A stretch of 64,000 bases of DNA from an uncultured Candidatus Saccharibacteria bacterium. Lineage in GTDB: Bacteria; Patescibacteriota; Minisyncoccia; UBA6257; GWB1-50-10. Below are positions 56,584 to 64,000 of the stretch, in pieces (the stretch's first letter is position 1; every line of letters begins with the position of its first letter). The translations under genes and the position numbers were made by a program. Below the pieces are notes generated by a model. The model saw nothing but the letters and a program-made list of their open reading frames with translations, had not been told where the DNA came from and searched no databases. Location: NCBI GenBank assembly GCA_964365955.1, contig CAYISA010000003.1:677-64676 (forward strand). Direction: 5' to 3'.

Positions 56584-56901
56584 ATGAAAAAGATTTATGT
56601 AGGAGGACTTCCCTACTCTACGACCGATGCAGAAATGAAGGATCTGTTTGCAAAGTACGGTGCGGTATCTACGGCGAGCGTCCTTATGGACAAGTTCACC
56701 GGCCGCAGCCGCGGATTTGGTTTCGTGGAAATGGAGAACGATACGGAGGCACAAGCCGCCATCGATGCCTTGAACGGCACCGATTTCGGGGGACGCAAAA
56801 TCATTGTGAATGAAGCGCGCCCCTTGAGTGAGCGTCCGCCCCGCCGTGACTTCGGTGGTGGTCGTCGCGACTTTGGTGGTGGTGGTCGTCGCGAATACTA
56901 G
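56584..56901 (+). CDS. RNA-binding protein with an RRM domain and an RGG tail
   Basis: RNP-2 IYVGGL, RNP-1 RGFGFVEM, and an RRDFGGGRRDFGGGGRR tail. Confidence 0.9.
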   Translation: MKKIYVGGLPYSTTDAEMKDLFAKYGAVSTASVLMDKFTGRSRGFGFVEMENDTEAQAAIDALNGTDFGGRKIIVNEARPLSERPPRRDFGGGRRDFGGGGRREY

Positions 56902-56910
56902 TCCTTATAA

Positions 56911-56948
56911 AAACACCGCCCTGGTAAATGCCGGGGCGGTGTTTTTTA
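56911..56948. terminator. Bidirectional rho-independent terminator
   Basis: acaccgccc-tggtaaatgccg-gggcggtgt hairpin flanked by an A run and a T run, between convergent genes. Confidence 0.6.
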
Positions 56949-56952
56949 TATC

Positions 56953-57297
56953 CTATTTTTTATCGCGAACCCGTAATCGATCCCCGACAGCTCGTTCCTT
57001 AAAATCAAGAATCCTGCTCTTGAGGCTGTCTTTCAATAAATCGACAGCCGCGTGGAAATCTTCGTGGAATTCTTTCACAAATAGGGCCTTATGTGGAAAA
57101 GCAAGCGCTGCAGAAACGGAGAAACCATTCCCCTGCCGATGGTGTCTGCTCGGTTGCGTAACTTCTATCATCACCTGGGTTTCTCTTACCGTCTCGAAAC
57201 GTTTTATAAATCGCGCAAGCGTACCAATTTTCACCTCGATATACTCCCGCATCATGGGCGTGAGTTTGATCTCTGCTTTCCCAATCGTAATGTTCAT
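56953..57297 (-). CDS. hpf: Ribosome hibernation promoting factor (RaiA/YfiA family)
   Basis: S30AE-fold consensus (MNITI.G....L.R.I). Confidence 0.8.
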   Translation of the reverse strand: MNITIGKAEIKLTPMMREYIEVKIGTLARFIKRFETVRETQVMIEVTQPSRHHRQGNGFSVSAALAFPHKALFVKEFHEDFHAAVDLLKDSLKSRILDFKERAVGDRLRVRDKK

Positions 57298-57299
57298 CC

Positions 57300-59687
57300 T
57301 TATAGTTTAAGCTTTGCTTCCACGCGCTTCAATAAAACCGCATTGGTCGCGACAATAATTGAGGACGCAGACATTAAAAGCGCTGCGATTTCTGGCCGGA
57401 GCAAAAGACCGAATGACTTATAAAATACTCCCGCCGCGATGGGAATAGAAAGAACGTTATAGATTGCGGCCCAAAAAAGGTTCTGTTTCATCTTTCGCAC
57501 CGTTGCTTTACTTAACCGGATTGCCGCAACAATGTCATACGGATCGGATTTCATTAAAACGATGCTGCCTGTTTCGATCGCCACATCCGTACCGGCTCCA
57601 ATCGCGATGCCAATGTCGGCTTGCGCAAGCGCCGGCGCATCATTGATCCCGTCCCCCACCATAGCAACGAATTTTCCCTCGCTTTGAAGTTGCTTCACGT
57701 GCTTCGCTTTATCACCAGGAAGCACTTCCGCAAAAATCCGATCAATGCCGAGTTCTTTACCGATCGCTTCGGCAACTTTTTGGTGGTCACCTGTGATCAT
57801 GGCGACTTCAATGCCGAATTCTTTAAAACGTGCGACGGCATCTTTCGCATTCGGTTTTACGGTATCCGCAACCGCCACCACGCCCGCGAGTTTTCCGTCC
57901 ACCGAAAGTAGGCTTAATGTTTTTCCGCTCGCCGCAAGCTGACCAACCAAAACTTGTGACGTACCGAAAAGCACGCGGTTGTCTTTCATTAATTTTTCTG
58001 TTCCTGCGAGAATCGTTTTTCCGTTTACCACCGCCCGCAAGCCGTACCCGGCGAGGGATTCGAATTTTTCAACCATCTCAAATTTGGAAATATTTCTGTT
58101 CCTCGCTTCTTCCATGATCGCCTTCGCAATCGGGTGGTTTGACCCCGATTCGATACTAGCTTCATACTTCACGACATCGGCTTCACTAAACCCCTCGAAT
58201 GCCACCACATCCGTCACGCGCGGCTTGCCTTCGGTGAGCGTTCCGGTTTTATCAAGCACAATCGCATTGATTTTTGACGTATTTTCAAGCGTTGCGGCGT
58301 CTTTGATAAGAATGTTGTGTTTTGCACCGATCCCTGTGCCCACCGCAACCGCAGTGGGCGTTGCAAGCCCGAGCGCGTCGGGACAAGCGATCACAACCGT
58401 GGAAACAGCAAAAGTTAGCGCCACAATAAAGGTTGCCCCCGCGACAAAATACCACCCCAAAAATGCCGCGAGCCCGGAACCGATTGCAAGAACGACAAGA
58501 TACCCCGCCGCTTTGTCCGCAAGACGCTGGCCCGGCGCTTTGGAGTTTTGCGCAGTTTCAACCAGTTTGATGATCTGCGCAAGAACGGTTTCCGATCCAA
58601 CCTGTGTCGCCCTGAATTTAAGTGTTCCTGTTTGGTTGACCGACCCGCCCGTGACTTTGTCGCCCGGTTTTTTTAAAACTGGCAGCGATTCCCCCGTCAC
58701 CAATGATTCATCAATTGCACTTTCGCCTTCTATTACTTCGCCGTCCACCGGTACTTTGTCGCCCGGACGCAATACAACAATATCTCCATGAACGATTTCC
58801 GCGCTTGGAACTGCAACTTCTTTTCCATTACGGATCACATTCGCCTGCGGCGGCACAAGGTCAAATAACGCGCGGAGCGACTCCGAAGTTCCACGCCGCG
58901 ATTTCATCTCCATCCAATGGCCAAATAAAACGAACGTGACCAAAAGAGCCGCGGCTTCATAGAAGGTTTCGGACTCCGGATGAATGGCGGTAAGGAATAC
59001 GCTGAAAAGATATGCGGCCAGAACACCGGTAGCGACCAAAACCGCCATGTTGAGTTTTTTTGCCTTCAGGGAATAATAGGTCCCCGTAATAAAAATAGAG
59101 CCAGTCCAGAACACAATGGGCGTTGTGAGGATCAGAAGAAACCAATTAACTGGGATCGGTGCGGACAGATTTAATTTAAAAAAATTGATGCCGACCAGCG
59201 AATAGAGGAAAATCGGAATCGAGAGGAAAAGAGAGATCAGAAACCGGCGGCGCATATCCGCTTCCATCGCCTTTGCGATCTGCGGGTTGGTCATCGCCGC
59301 CTCGTGATCGGCATGACTCTTTTTTTGCATGTCGTGGCCCTTATAGTTATCCGTTCCTTCCCCAGGTTCGCCCGCTGAAATTTTTGCGGATGTGGGAATC
59401 AGCTCCATCCCACAGGCAGGACAGCGACCCGGCTCACTTTTCCGAACCTGCGGATGCATGGGGCAGGTGTAAATCATTTTCTCCCCTTCGATTACTTTTT
59501 CCGAAGAGGCTTTGGGGGCGTGCTCCGCGTGGCAACACATTTTTTCTATCGGGAACTCAAATTGCTTTGCCTCCATAGCACATCCACAGGTAATAGATAA
59601 TTTATCTGCGGAACAACTAAAGCACTCCTTACCGCATGCGCAGTTTTTTTGTCGAACAGGCGCGGGATTGTGATGATTGTGGTTCAT
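57300..59687 (-). CDS. copA: Copper-type P1B heavy-metal translocating ATPase
   Basis: N-terminal Cys/His-rich region and YTCPMHP...CPACGM metal-binding domain. DKTGTLT and GDGINDAPAL motifs. The TM6 motif reads CPD (VIACPDALGLATP) rather than CPC. Confidence 0.9.
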   Translation of the reverse strand: MNHNHHNPAPVRQKNCACGKECFSCSADKLSITCGCAMEAKQFEFPIEKMCCHAEHAPKASSEKVIEGEKMIYTCPMHPQVRKSEPGRCPACGMELIPTSAKISAGEPGEGTDNYKGHDMQKKSHADHEAAMTNPQIAKAMEADMRRRFLISLFLSIPIFLYSLVGINFFKLNLSAPIPVNWFLLILTTPIVFWTGSIFITGTYYSLKAKKLNMAVLVATGVLAAYLFSVFLTAIHPESETFYEAAALLVTFVLFGHWMEMKSRRGTSESLRALFDLVPPQANVIRNGKEVAVPSAEIVHGDIVVLRPGDKVPVDGEVIEGESAIDESLVTGESLPVLKKPGDKVTGGSVNQTGTLKFRATQVGSETVLAQIIKLVETAQNSKAPGQRLADKAAGYLVVLAIGSGLAAFLGWYFVAGATFIVALTFAVSTVVIACPDALGLATPTAVAVGTGIGAKHNILIKDAATLENTSKINAIVLDKTGTLTEGKPRVTDVVAFEGFSEADVVKYEASIESGSNHPIAKAIMEEARNRNISKFEMVEKFESLAGYGLRAVVNGKTILAGTEKLMKDNRVLFGTSQVLVGQLAASGKTLSLLSVDGKLAGVVAVADTVKPNAKDAVARFKEFGIEVAMITGDHQKVAEAIGKELGIDRIFAEVLPGDKAKHVKQLQSEGKFVAMVGDGINDAPALAQADIGIAIGAGTDVAIETGSIVLMKSDPYDIVAAIRLSKATVRKMKQNLFWAAIYNVLSIPIAAGVFYKSFGLLLRPEIAALLMSASSIIVATNAVLLKRVEAKLKL

Positions 59688-59766
59688 AATTATTTCTTAC
59701 AAAAAATTAAAGATTCGACCGTCGGATCAACAACGTACATGATGAGTATATACAATTCTATTTTTA

Positions 59767-60453
59767 TTATAACCGTTCGCGATGATCGTGGGAGGCAATG
59801 ATGCCCTGGTTTTTCTTAAGACGTGGAATACACATTGGAGTGCGCGCCTTATACATGTCCCATTGTGCCCCAAACGTCGCGCGTGATTCTTTCTCTTCGC
59901 GCCGCGCGAGACGCACATACATCCACACAAGCACCGGGAACATAAGAAGCGTGATAAGCGTAGGCCATTGGAACAAAAACCCGAACATGATAAGGATAAA
60001 CGCTACATACTGCGGATGACGGATTCGGGCATAGGGACCGGTTGTGGCAAGCGTGGAACCCCGTTGCGCTTTATAAAGCACCTTCCATGCGTTCGCGAGC
60101 AAAAGAAATCCATATCCGATAAGAATGTAACTTGCGATATGAAACGGCCCAAAATGCGGATCGCCGCCCCAACCAAATAGGTCTTCAAAAAGATGCCCGG
60201 AATTATGGATGAAGGGATCAATACCGGGGATCCATTTCACAAGCCAACCCAAAGCAAGATAGATTGTGAGCGGGAATCCGTACATCTCGAAAAACAGCGC
60301 AATGACGAATGCGGAAAATGCGCTGAACGACCTCCAATCGCGAGAAGTTTTCGGTTTTGTGAAGCTAAACGCAAACACAATAAAGACAGCGGAATTGATG
60401 ATGACAAGCGGCCAGAGACCATAGGCATTTTCCATAGCGATTAATGGCAACAC
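59767..60453 (-). CDS. Isoprenylcysteine carboxyl methyltransferase (ICMT/PEMT) family membrane methyltransferase
   Basis: TTGPYARIRHPQYVAFIL signature with multiple TM helices. Confidence 0.7.
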   Translation of the reverse strand: MLPLIAMENAYGLWPLVIINSAVFIVFAFSFTKPKTSRDWRSFSAFSAFVIALFFEMYGFPLTIYLALGWLVKWIPGIDPFIHNSGHLFEDLFGWGGDPHFGPFHIASYILIGYGFLLLANAWKVLYKAQRGSTLATTGPYARIRHPQYVAFILIMFGFLFQWPTLITLLMFPVLVWMYVRLARREEKESRATFGAQWDMYKARTPMCIPRLKKNQGIIASHDHRERL

Positions 60454-60722
60454 GAATGATCTCCCTTCTCATCTTTCACAGACTCGGTGACCGCAACAGA
60501 ATCCGCCTTCGGTTCGTGATCATCGGCATGATTTTTTTGAGATGAAGTATGCCCACGCCGCATCATCCAGAGATGTACCCCAACCATAGCGCCGATAAGG
60601 ATAAAGGAGGGCCACGATTGAAAAGCGCCACCTCCGGCAAACACGATAAAACCAAAGATAAGAAGACACGACACCATCATCCACATCATTGAGAATTTAT
60701 TTTTATTGTTGTGATTGTGCAT
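60441..60722 (-). CDS. Small His-rich membrane protein (DUF2933-like), C-terminal HSCCH
   Basis: MHNHNNKNKF..., two TM helices, His/Asp-rich tail ending in CCH. Internal ATG start chosen; the tabulated ORF extends to 60779. Confidence 0.4.
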   Translation of the reverse strand: MHNHNNKNKFSMMWMMVSCLLIFGFIVFAGGGAFQSWPSFILIGAMVGVHLWMMRRGHTSSQKNHADDHEPKADSVAVTESVKDEKGDHSCCH

Positions 60723-60723
60723 T

Positions 60724-60990
60724 TTACTCCTTGTCGCGCACCAAACTTGTGTTGTGCATCCAGACCATATACCACGCAAAAATCCACGCGAACGCGAACA
60801 TATAAACTACTCCAAGAAGAAAACTTCCAAACGTGAGCCATATAAATCCGGGTAATGTCTCAAACAGAGCGTGATGGATCTCGATGGCCCGGCCCGTACG
60901 CCACGGAAGAAGTTCGCCTAAAAGACACAGGAAGTAAAGGACCTCTGACCCCAGAACACACAACCATCCATACCGTTTTAATGAAAGCAT
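60724..60990 (-). CDS. Small two-TM membrane protein
   Basis: ORF in the same operon, between the repressor and the small His-rich protein. Confidence 0.35.
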   Translation of the reverse strand: MLSLKRYGWLCVLGSEVLYFLCLLGELLPWRTGRAIEIHHALFETLPGFIWLTFGSFLLGVVYMFAFAWIFAWYMVWMHNTSLVRDKE

Positions 60991-61046
60991 AATAACTATT
61001 TTTTAGTTGACTGTATTCATCTCTCGACCTTTCAAGACGTGTCCGA

Positions 61047-61319
61047 TTATTTTTGTTTAGACAATCGATACAACGATAGGATTTCCTCTACGGCTTTTTT
61101 CGATTGGCCCGACTTCATCTGCTGGACCACATGAGTTGATAAATGGTTTTTTAAAATGAAACCTTCGAAACTGGACAGGGCTTCTTTAATCGCGAGCGAT
61201 TGGTAGAGAATATCGATACAATATTTATCCTCTTCCACCATTTTTTCTAATCCTTTAATCTGACCCGCTACTATCCGCAAACGGCGGATTGCCCGTACTT
61301 TGTCAGTAATGTGTTTCAT
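61047..61319 (-). CDS. CsoR/RcnR/FrmR-family metal-sensing transcriptional repressor
   Basis: DKYCIDILYQSLAIKEAL helix, conserved Cys in the W-X-Y-Z fingerprint, and HLSTH. 90 aa. Confidence 0.75.
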   Translation of the reverse strand: MKHITDKVRAIRRLRIVAGQIKGLEKMVEEDKYCIDILYQSLAIKEALSSFEGFILKNHLSTHVVQQMKSGQSKKAVEEILSLYRLSKQK

Positions 61320-61323
61320 ACCA

Positions 61324-61347
61324 GGGTATGATACCCAGGGGGGGTAT
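61324..61347. promoter_or_regulatory. Candidate CsoR/RcnR-type operator: GGGTAT-g-ATACCC-aGGGG-GGGTAT (G-tract flanked by inverted repeats)
   Basis: Overlapping palindromes lie 5-28 nt upstream of the repressor start codon. This resembles the TACT-G6-N-AGTA / TACCC-N-GGGTA type sites of this family. Confidence 0.45.
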
Positions 61348-61353
61348 CATATG

Positions 61354-61806
61354 TCAAGAACGAATTATCCACAGAAATGTTCGTCCTTCTACGCCTCCTA
61401 CTTTGCCCACAACCAACTGGAGTGTTTTGGGTAGCGGAGCAATAGAGCCGAACATCAGTAGCCCGTTGCGATGGTGACCTCCCGGGGGATCACCCTCCCA
61501 GCGCACGGGCTTATATTCTTTACCATTTTCGTCCTTGAGCATAACCGTCTGGGTTAGATCGGCACTCAAATCTTCGGAATGTGTATCAAGCGCCACCTCA
61601 AAAGCAACTTCAGAAGAAAGGTTCGGGGTTATTTTTACGGTAACCGATCCTTCGCTATTCGTTTGCATTTCAAGCGCCGGAAGCAATTCGGTAGAAAGTT
61701 GGGACCCCGGCACTTGCTGTTTAGTAGACTGCTTTCCTCTGCTACCAAAAATCAAAAGTGTGGCGACCGTTAAAACAATCGTACCGACGATATATATTCT
61801 TTTCAT
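61354..61806 (-). CDS. Secreted hypothetical protein
   Basis: Signal/TM (IYIVGTIVLTVATLLIFG). 150 aa. Confidence 0.4.
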   Translation of the reverse strand: MKRIYIVGTIVLTVATLLIFGSRGKQSTKQQVPGSQLSTELLPALEMQTNSEGSVTVKITPNLSSEVAFEVALDTHSEDLSADLTQTVMLKDENGKEYKPVRWEGDPPGGHHRNGLLMFGSIAPLPKTLQLVVGKVGGVEGRTFLWIIRS

Positions 61807-62240
61807 GATATTTTTAGTTTAATGATACGGCGAGTGATCAATCCGATCCCCAGAATATTGAACGCGATGCCGACCCAGAACAGCTTCACTTGATACTGTG
61901 CGGCAAACGTCACGATTCCAGTAGCTCCTAAGACCGGGAGAATGTTCACAAGATAGTGAGCGCAACAGGAGACCATCGCGGCGGTGGAGGTCGTTCCCGT
62001 CGCCGCTACTACCTTCCCTGACATACTACCCTGGTGCACAACACTCTTCAGATAAGCATAGAGCCCAACCTGAATCCCAAATCCTAAGGCGAGTGCCACC
62101 ACAAAATACCAGAACTGCACGAACTGATTTGCCGTGAAATTCCATCCCGACACAAGAGACAGCGCCGCAAAATAGGCGCCGAGAAGCGTAAACGTAGCCG
62201 CAGATCCCTTCATAATGGACGTGATGATAGATCGTGACAT
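61803..62240 (-). CDS. Polytopic membrane protein (unknown function)
   Basis: Four predicted TM helices and a CC pair (MVSCCAHYL). Confidence 0.4.
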   Translation of the reverse strand: MSRSIITSIMKGSAATFTLLGAYFAALSLVSGWNFTANQFVQFWYFVVALALGFGIQVGLYAYLKSVVHQGSMSGKVVAATGTTSTAAMVSCCAHYLVNILPVLGATGIVTFAAQYQVKLFWVGIAFNILGIGLITRRIIKLKIS

Positions 62241-62241
62241 A

Positions 62242-62862
62242 CTAATTTAATTTTTCGAGTTCCGCGAAAACACGATCGTTGTCAATCCCCATAGTTGGGT
62301 CATCGAACGCGTCGCGAACAATTCCCTGTTTATCAATTAAGATAAAACTATGTCCGGGGAATGCGCCATAATGCATTGAGGAGGGCAGGGTGAGCATGCC
62401 GAGCGCCTGTGAAACTGATTTATCGCTGTCGAAAAGTACTGTCGCCTTTCCAAGCTCCGGCATTTTCTGAATTGCGCTCTGCCAATCGGAAGGAGGATCA
62501 ATCACCACGGAGAGCACAGCCGTATCCGCGTTATTGAATCGCGGGTCGGTCGCAAGCGCGACCATCTGATTCCAGCAAGCGGGATAGCACATAATGCCTT
62601 CGCTGAAAAAGAGCGCGATTTTTTTCCCTTTGAGACCAATCGCAGAATATTCGGTGCCGTTCCGATCGCGGAGCGAAAAATCCAGCATCGGTTTTCCGAT
62701 TAAATTATTGAGCGACCCCGGATCCCCTGCAACCGGCGTATGCATGGGGTCAGAACCACTTAGTTGCGACCCTTTACCATTGCGGCCCAGAAAAAAGAGC
62801 CCGCCGAGAACAAAAATAATTATAACAATTAGTGCGATCGTAGTGAATTTATTTTTTTTCAT
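62242..62862 (-). CDS. Thioredoxin-fold protein, SCO1/SenC- or redoxin-like (CxxxC)
   Basis: N-terminal TM. GKKIALFFSEGIMCYPAC motif with a downstream HS, reminiscent of the SCO family. Confidence 0.5.
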   Translation of the reverse strand: MKKNKFTTIALIVIIIFVLGGLFFLGRNGKGSQLSGSDPMHTPVAGDPGSLNNLIGKPMLDFSLRDRNGTEYSAIGLKGKKIALFFSEGIMCYPACWNQMVALATDPRFNNADTAVLSVVIDPPSDWQSAIQKMPELGKATVLFDSDKSVSQALGMLTLPSSMHYGAFPGHSFILIDKQGIVRDAFDDPTMGIDNDRVFAELEKLN

Positions 62863-63734
62863 GATGTTATTGTTGATTTTTTAGACTGTCGTATGGCAAT
62901 CGTGATAAGCCAAGTAAAGATTCCTATGAATAGAATTGCCCAGACGTATTGCGGGATGCCGCCGATAAATTGATCCAGCCATTGCTGAAACTTTGTGAGG
63001 TAGATGTTTACGTTAATTTGCAACTCGGAATGCATGGCGAGATTCCCGGTAAAGGCCCAGATAAACGTAAGAATGCCCATCACGGTGAATGTTACCCCCG
63101 CAAGAAGATCCGAGATTCGCACCGCCATTTCCTTCCCGAAGAGGCGCAGTCTAAATGGTTCCCGGGCAATAAACAGCCGTTCCGTAAGACGGGAGCGATC
63201 GAGAATGAAGGACAATACAAAGAGCGGAGTCACCATACCGAGTACATATGCGAGAGTATAGACGATCCCCCAAAGGAAAGACCCCGGGAGAATCGAGAGC
63301 GCAAGCGCCCCTGCAAGCACCGGCGCACAACATGTGGTTGCAGTTCCAGAAAAAATTCCAAGCACGAATATGGCTACCGCGCTTTCCTTTCCGGTGTATT
63401 CCCGCTTAGAGCGAAGGCTTTTAGGCAATGCGAACCGTTTCCCCAGAAGTAGCGAGACGCCCAACCCAAACAGCAGTAGTCCGACCGCTATGAAGATTTC
63501 GCGATGGTAACGGCTGAAGATTTGGCCCAATACCGATATCCCGAGCCCGAGTGGAAGAAAAACTGTCAGGATTCCCAGAAAGAAAATAAAAGTCATTAGA
63601 AATACTTTCCTTCTTGTTCGGAAGATCGAGCCAAAATAAGAGGGCAGAAGAACGGTCACGCAACAAGGCGCGAAGAGTGCGGCAATTCCTGCAATGAATG
63701 CGGCAAGAAGCGATGTGCTAATAAGTATTTCCAT
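62859..63734 (-). CDS. ccdA: Cytochrome c biogenesis / thiol-disulfide transporter CcdA (DsbD-like TM domain)
   Basis: LFAPCCVTVLLP and a second TTCCAP cysteine pair. About 8 TM helices. Probable start MEILISTS. Confidence 0.65.
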   Translation of the reverse strand: MEILISTSLLAAFIAGIAALFAPCCVTVLLPSYFGSIFRTRRKVFLMTFIFFLGILTVFLPLGLGISVLGQIFSRYHREIFIAVGLLLFGLGVSLLLGKRFALPKSLRSKREYTGKESAVAIFVLGIFSGTATTCCAPVLAGALALSILPGSFLWGIVYTLAYVLGMVTPLFVLSFILDRSRLTERLFIAREPFRLRLFGKEMAVRISDLLAGVTFTVMGILTFIWAFTGNLAMHSELQINVNIYLTKFQQWLDQFIGGIPQYVWAILFIGIFTWLITIAIRQSKKSTITS

Positions 63735-64000
63735 AAAATTAGATGCCGCAACCGCCCTGTGGGGCGTAAGGTGTCTGTTCGTTTTGTTGCGGGATTTTAA
63801 TTGCCCCCGCATTCCTATCAGCTTTTAGGCCCGCGATATAAATCCACGTGATTGAAATAACGAATGCGGAGATAAGAATGCTCACCGAAATAGAATGATC
63901 TTTATTTTGTTTTTTTCTGTATTTTCCATGTTGGTGTTTCCCCCGTTTGAAACTAAAAAACCGCGAACGATGCGGCGGGAGCTACAAGCAGAAAAGTACG

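Noticed and set aside
1-64000. CRISPR arrays, rRNA genes, and transposase or integrase genes
   Set aside because: No regularly spaced direct repeats, rRNA-like sequence, or DDE/tyrosine recombinase ORFs were seen in this window.

Overview
This 64 kb window is a gene-dense bacterial segment at roughly 50% GC, with two clearly AT-richer insertions. The core is housekeeping genes: secA, mltG, gltX, a partial division/cell-wall block (mraY - amidohydrolase - ftsW - murG, plus a DD-carboxypeptidase and an M23 peptidase), scpAB, ychF, mpg, a short dnaX, tRNA-Gln(UUG), hpf, an RRM RNA-binding protein and a NUDIX hydrolase.

The accessory content falls into five blocks:
- An AT-rich island (8.3-10.8 kb) lies between secA and mltG. 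Its cassettes are delimited by tandem copies of the last ~8 codons of secA. It carries a MazG-like NTPase, a minimal nucleotidyltransferase interrupted by an in-frame TAG, a LipA-like lipase broken by two homopolymer frameshifts, and a P-loop kinase.
- A second AT-rich islet (30.5-32.2 kb) sits downstream of tRNA-Gln. It carries a T5orf172/GIY-YIG protein and a PD-(D/E)XK endonuclease-like gene that is frameshifted in an A7 run.
- A long block of minus-strand cell-surface genes (32-47 kb) includes cohesin- and dockerin-domain proteins and two paralogous Ser/Thr/Gly-rich secreted proteins. Interspersed are a SAM methyltransferase, a DxD glycosyltransferase-like protein and a beta-lactamase-like serine hydrolase.
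- A type IV pilus operon (48.2-54.8 kb) runs pilB-pilC followed by four prepilin-type genes.
- A metal-homeostasis cluster (57.3-63.7 kb) starts with a CsoR/RcnR-family repressor and a G-tract palindromic operator, then two small membrane proteins, an ICMT-family methyltransferase and a CopA-type P1B ATPase with an atypical CPD motif. It is followed by a SCO-like redoxin and a CcdA-like thiol-disulfide transporter.

A ~400-nt non-coding stretch between scpA and ychF looks like a structured ncRNA ending in a minus-strand terminator. A 14-bp inverted repeat flanks a ~170-nt element downstream of a PD-(D/E)XK nuclease.

The short DnaX, the pilin expansion and the cohesin/dockerin proteins suggest an uncultivated, possibly Patescibacteria-like or other candidate-phylum lineage. 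Against that, a 1026-aa protein with an aromatic-terminal, barrel-like C-terminus and a lipobox lipoprotein leave the envelope type open. TGA, TAA and TAG all terminate intact genes here, so the code is standard.
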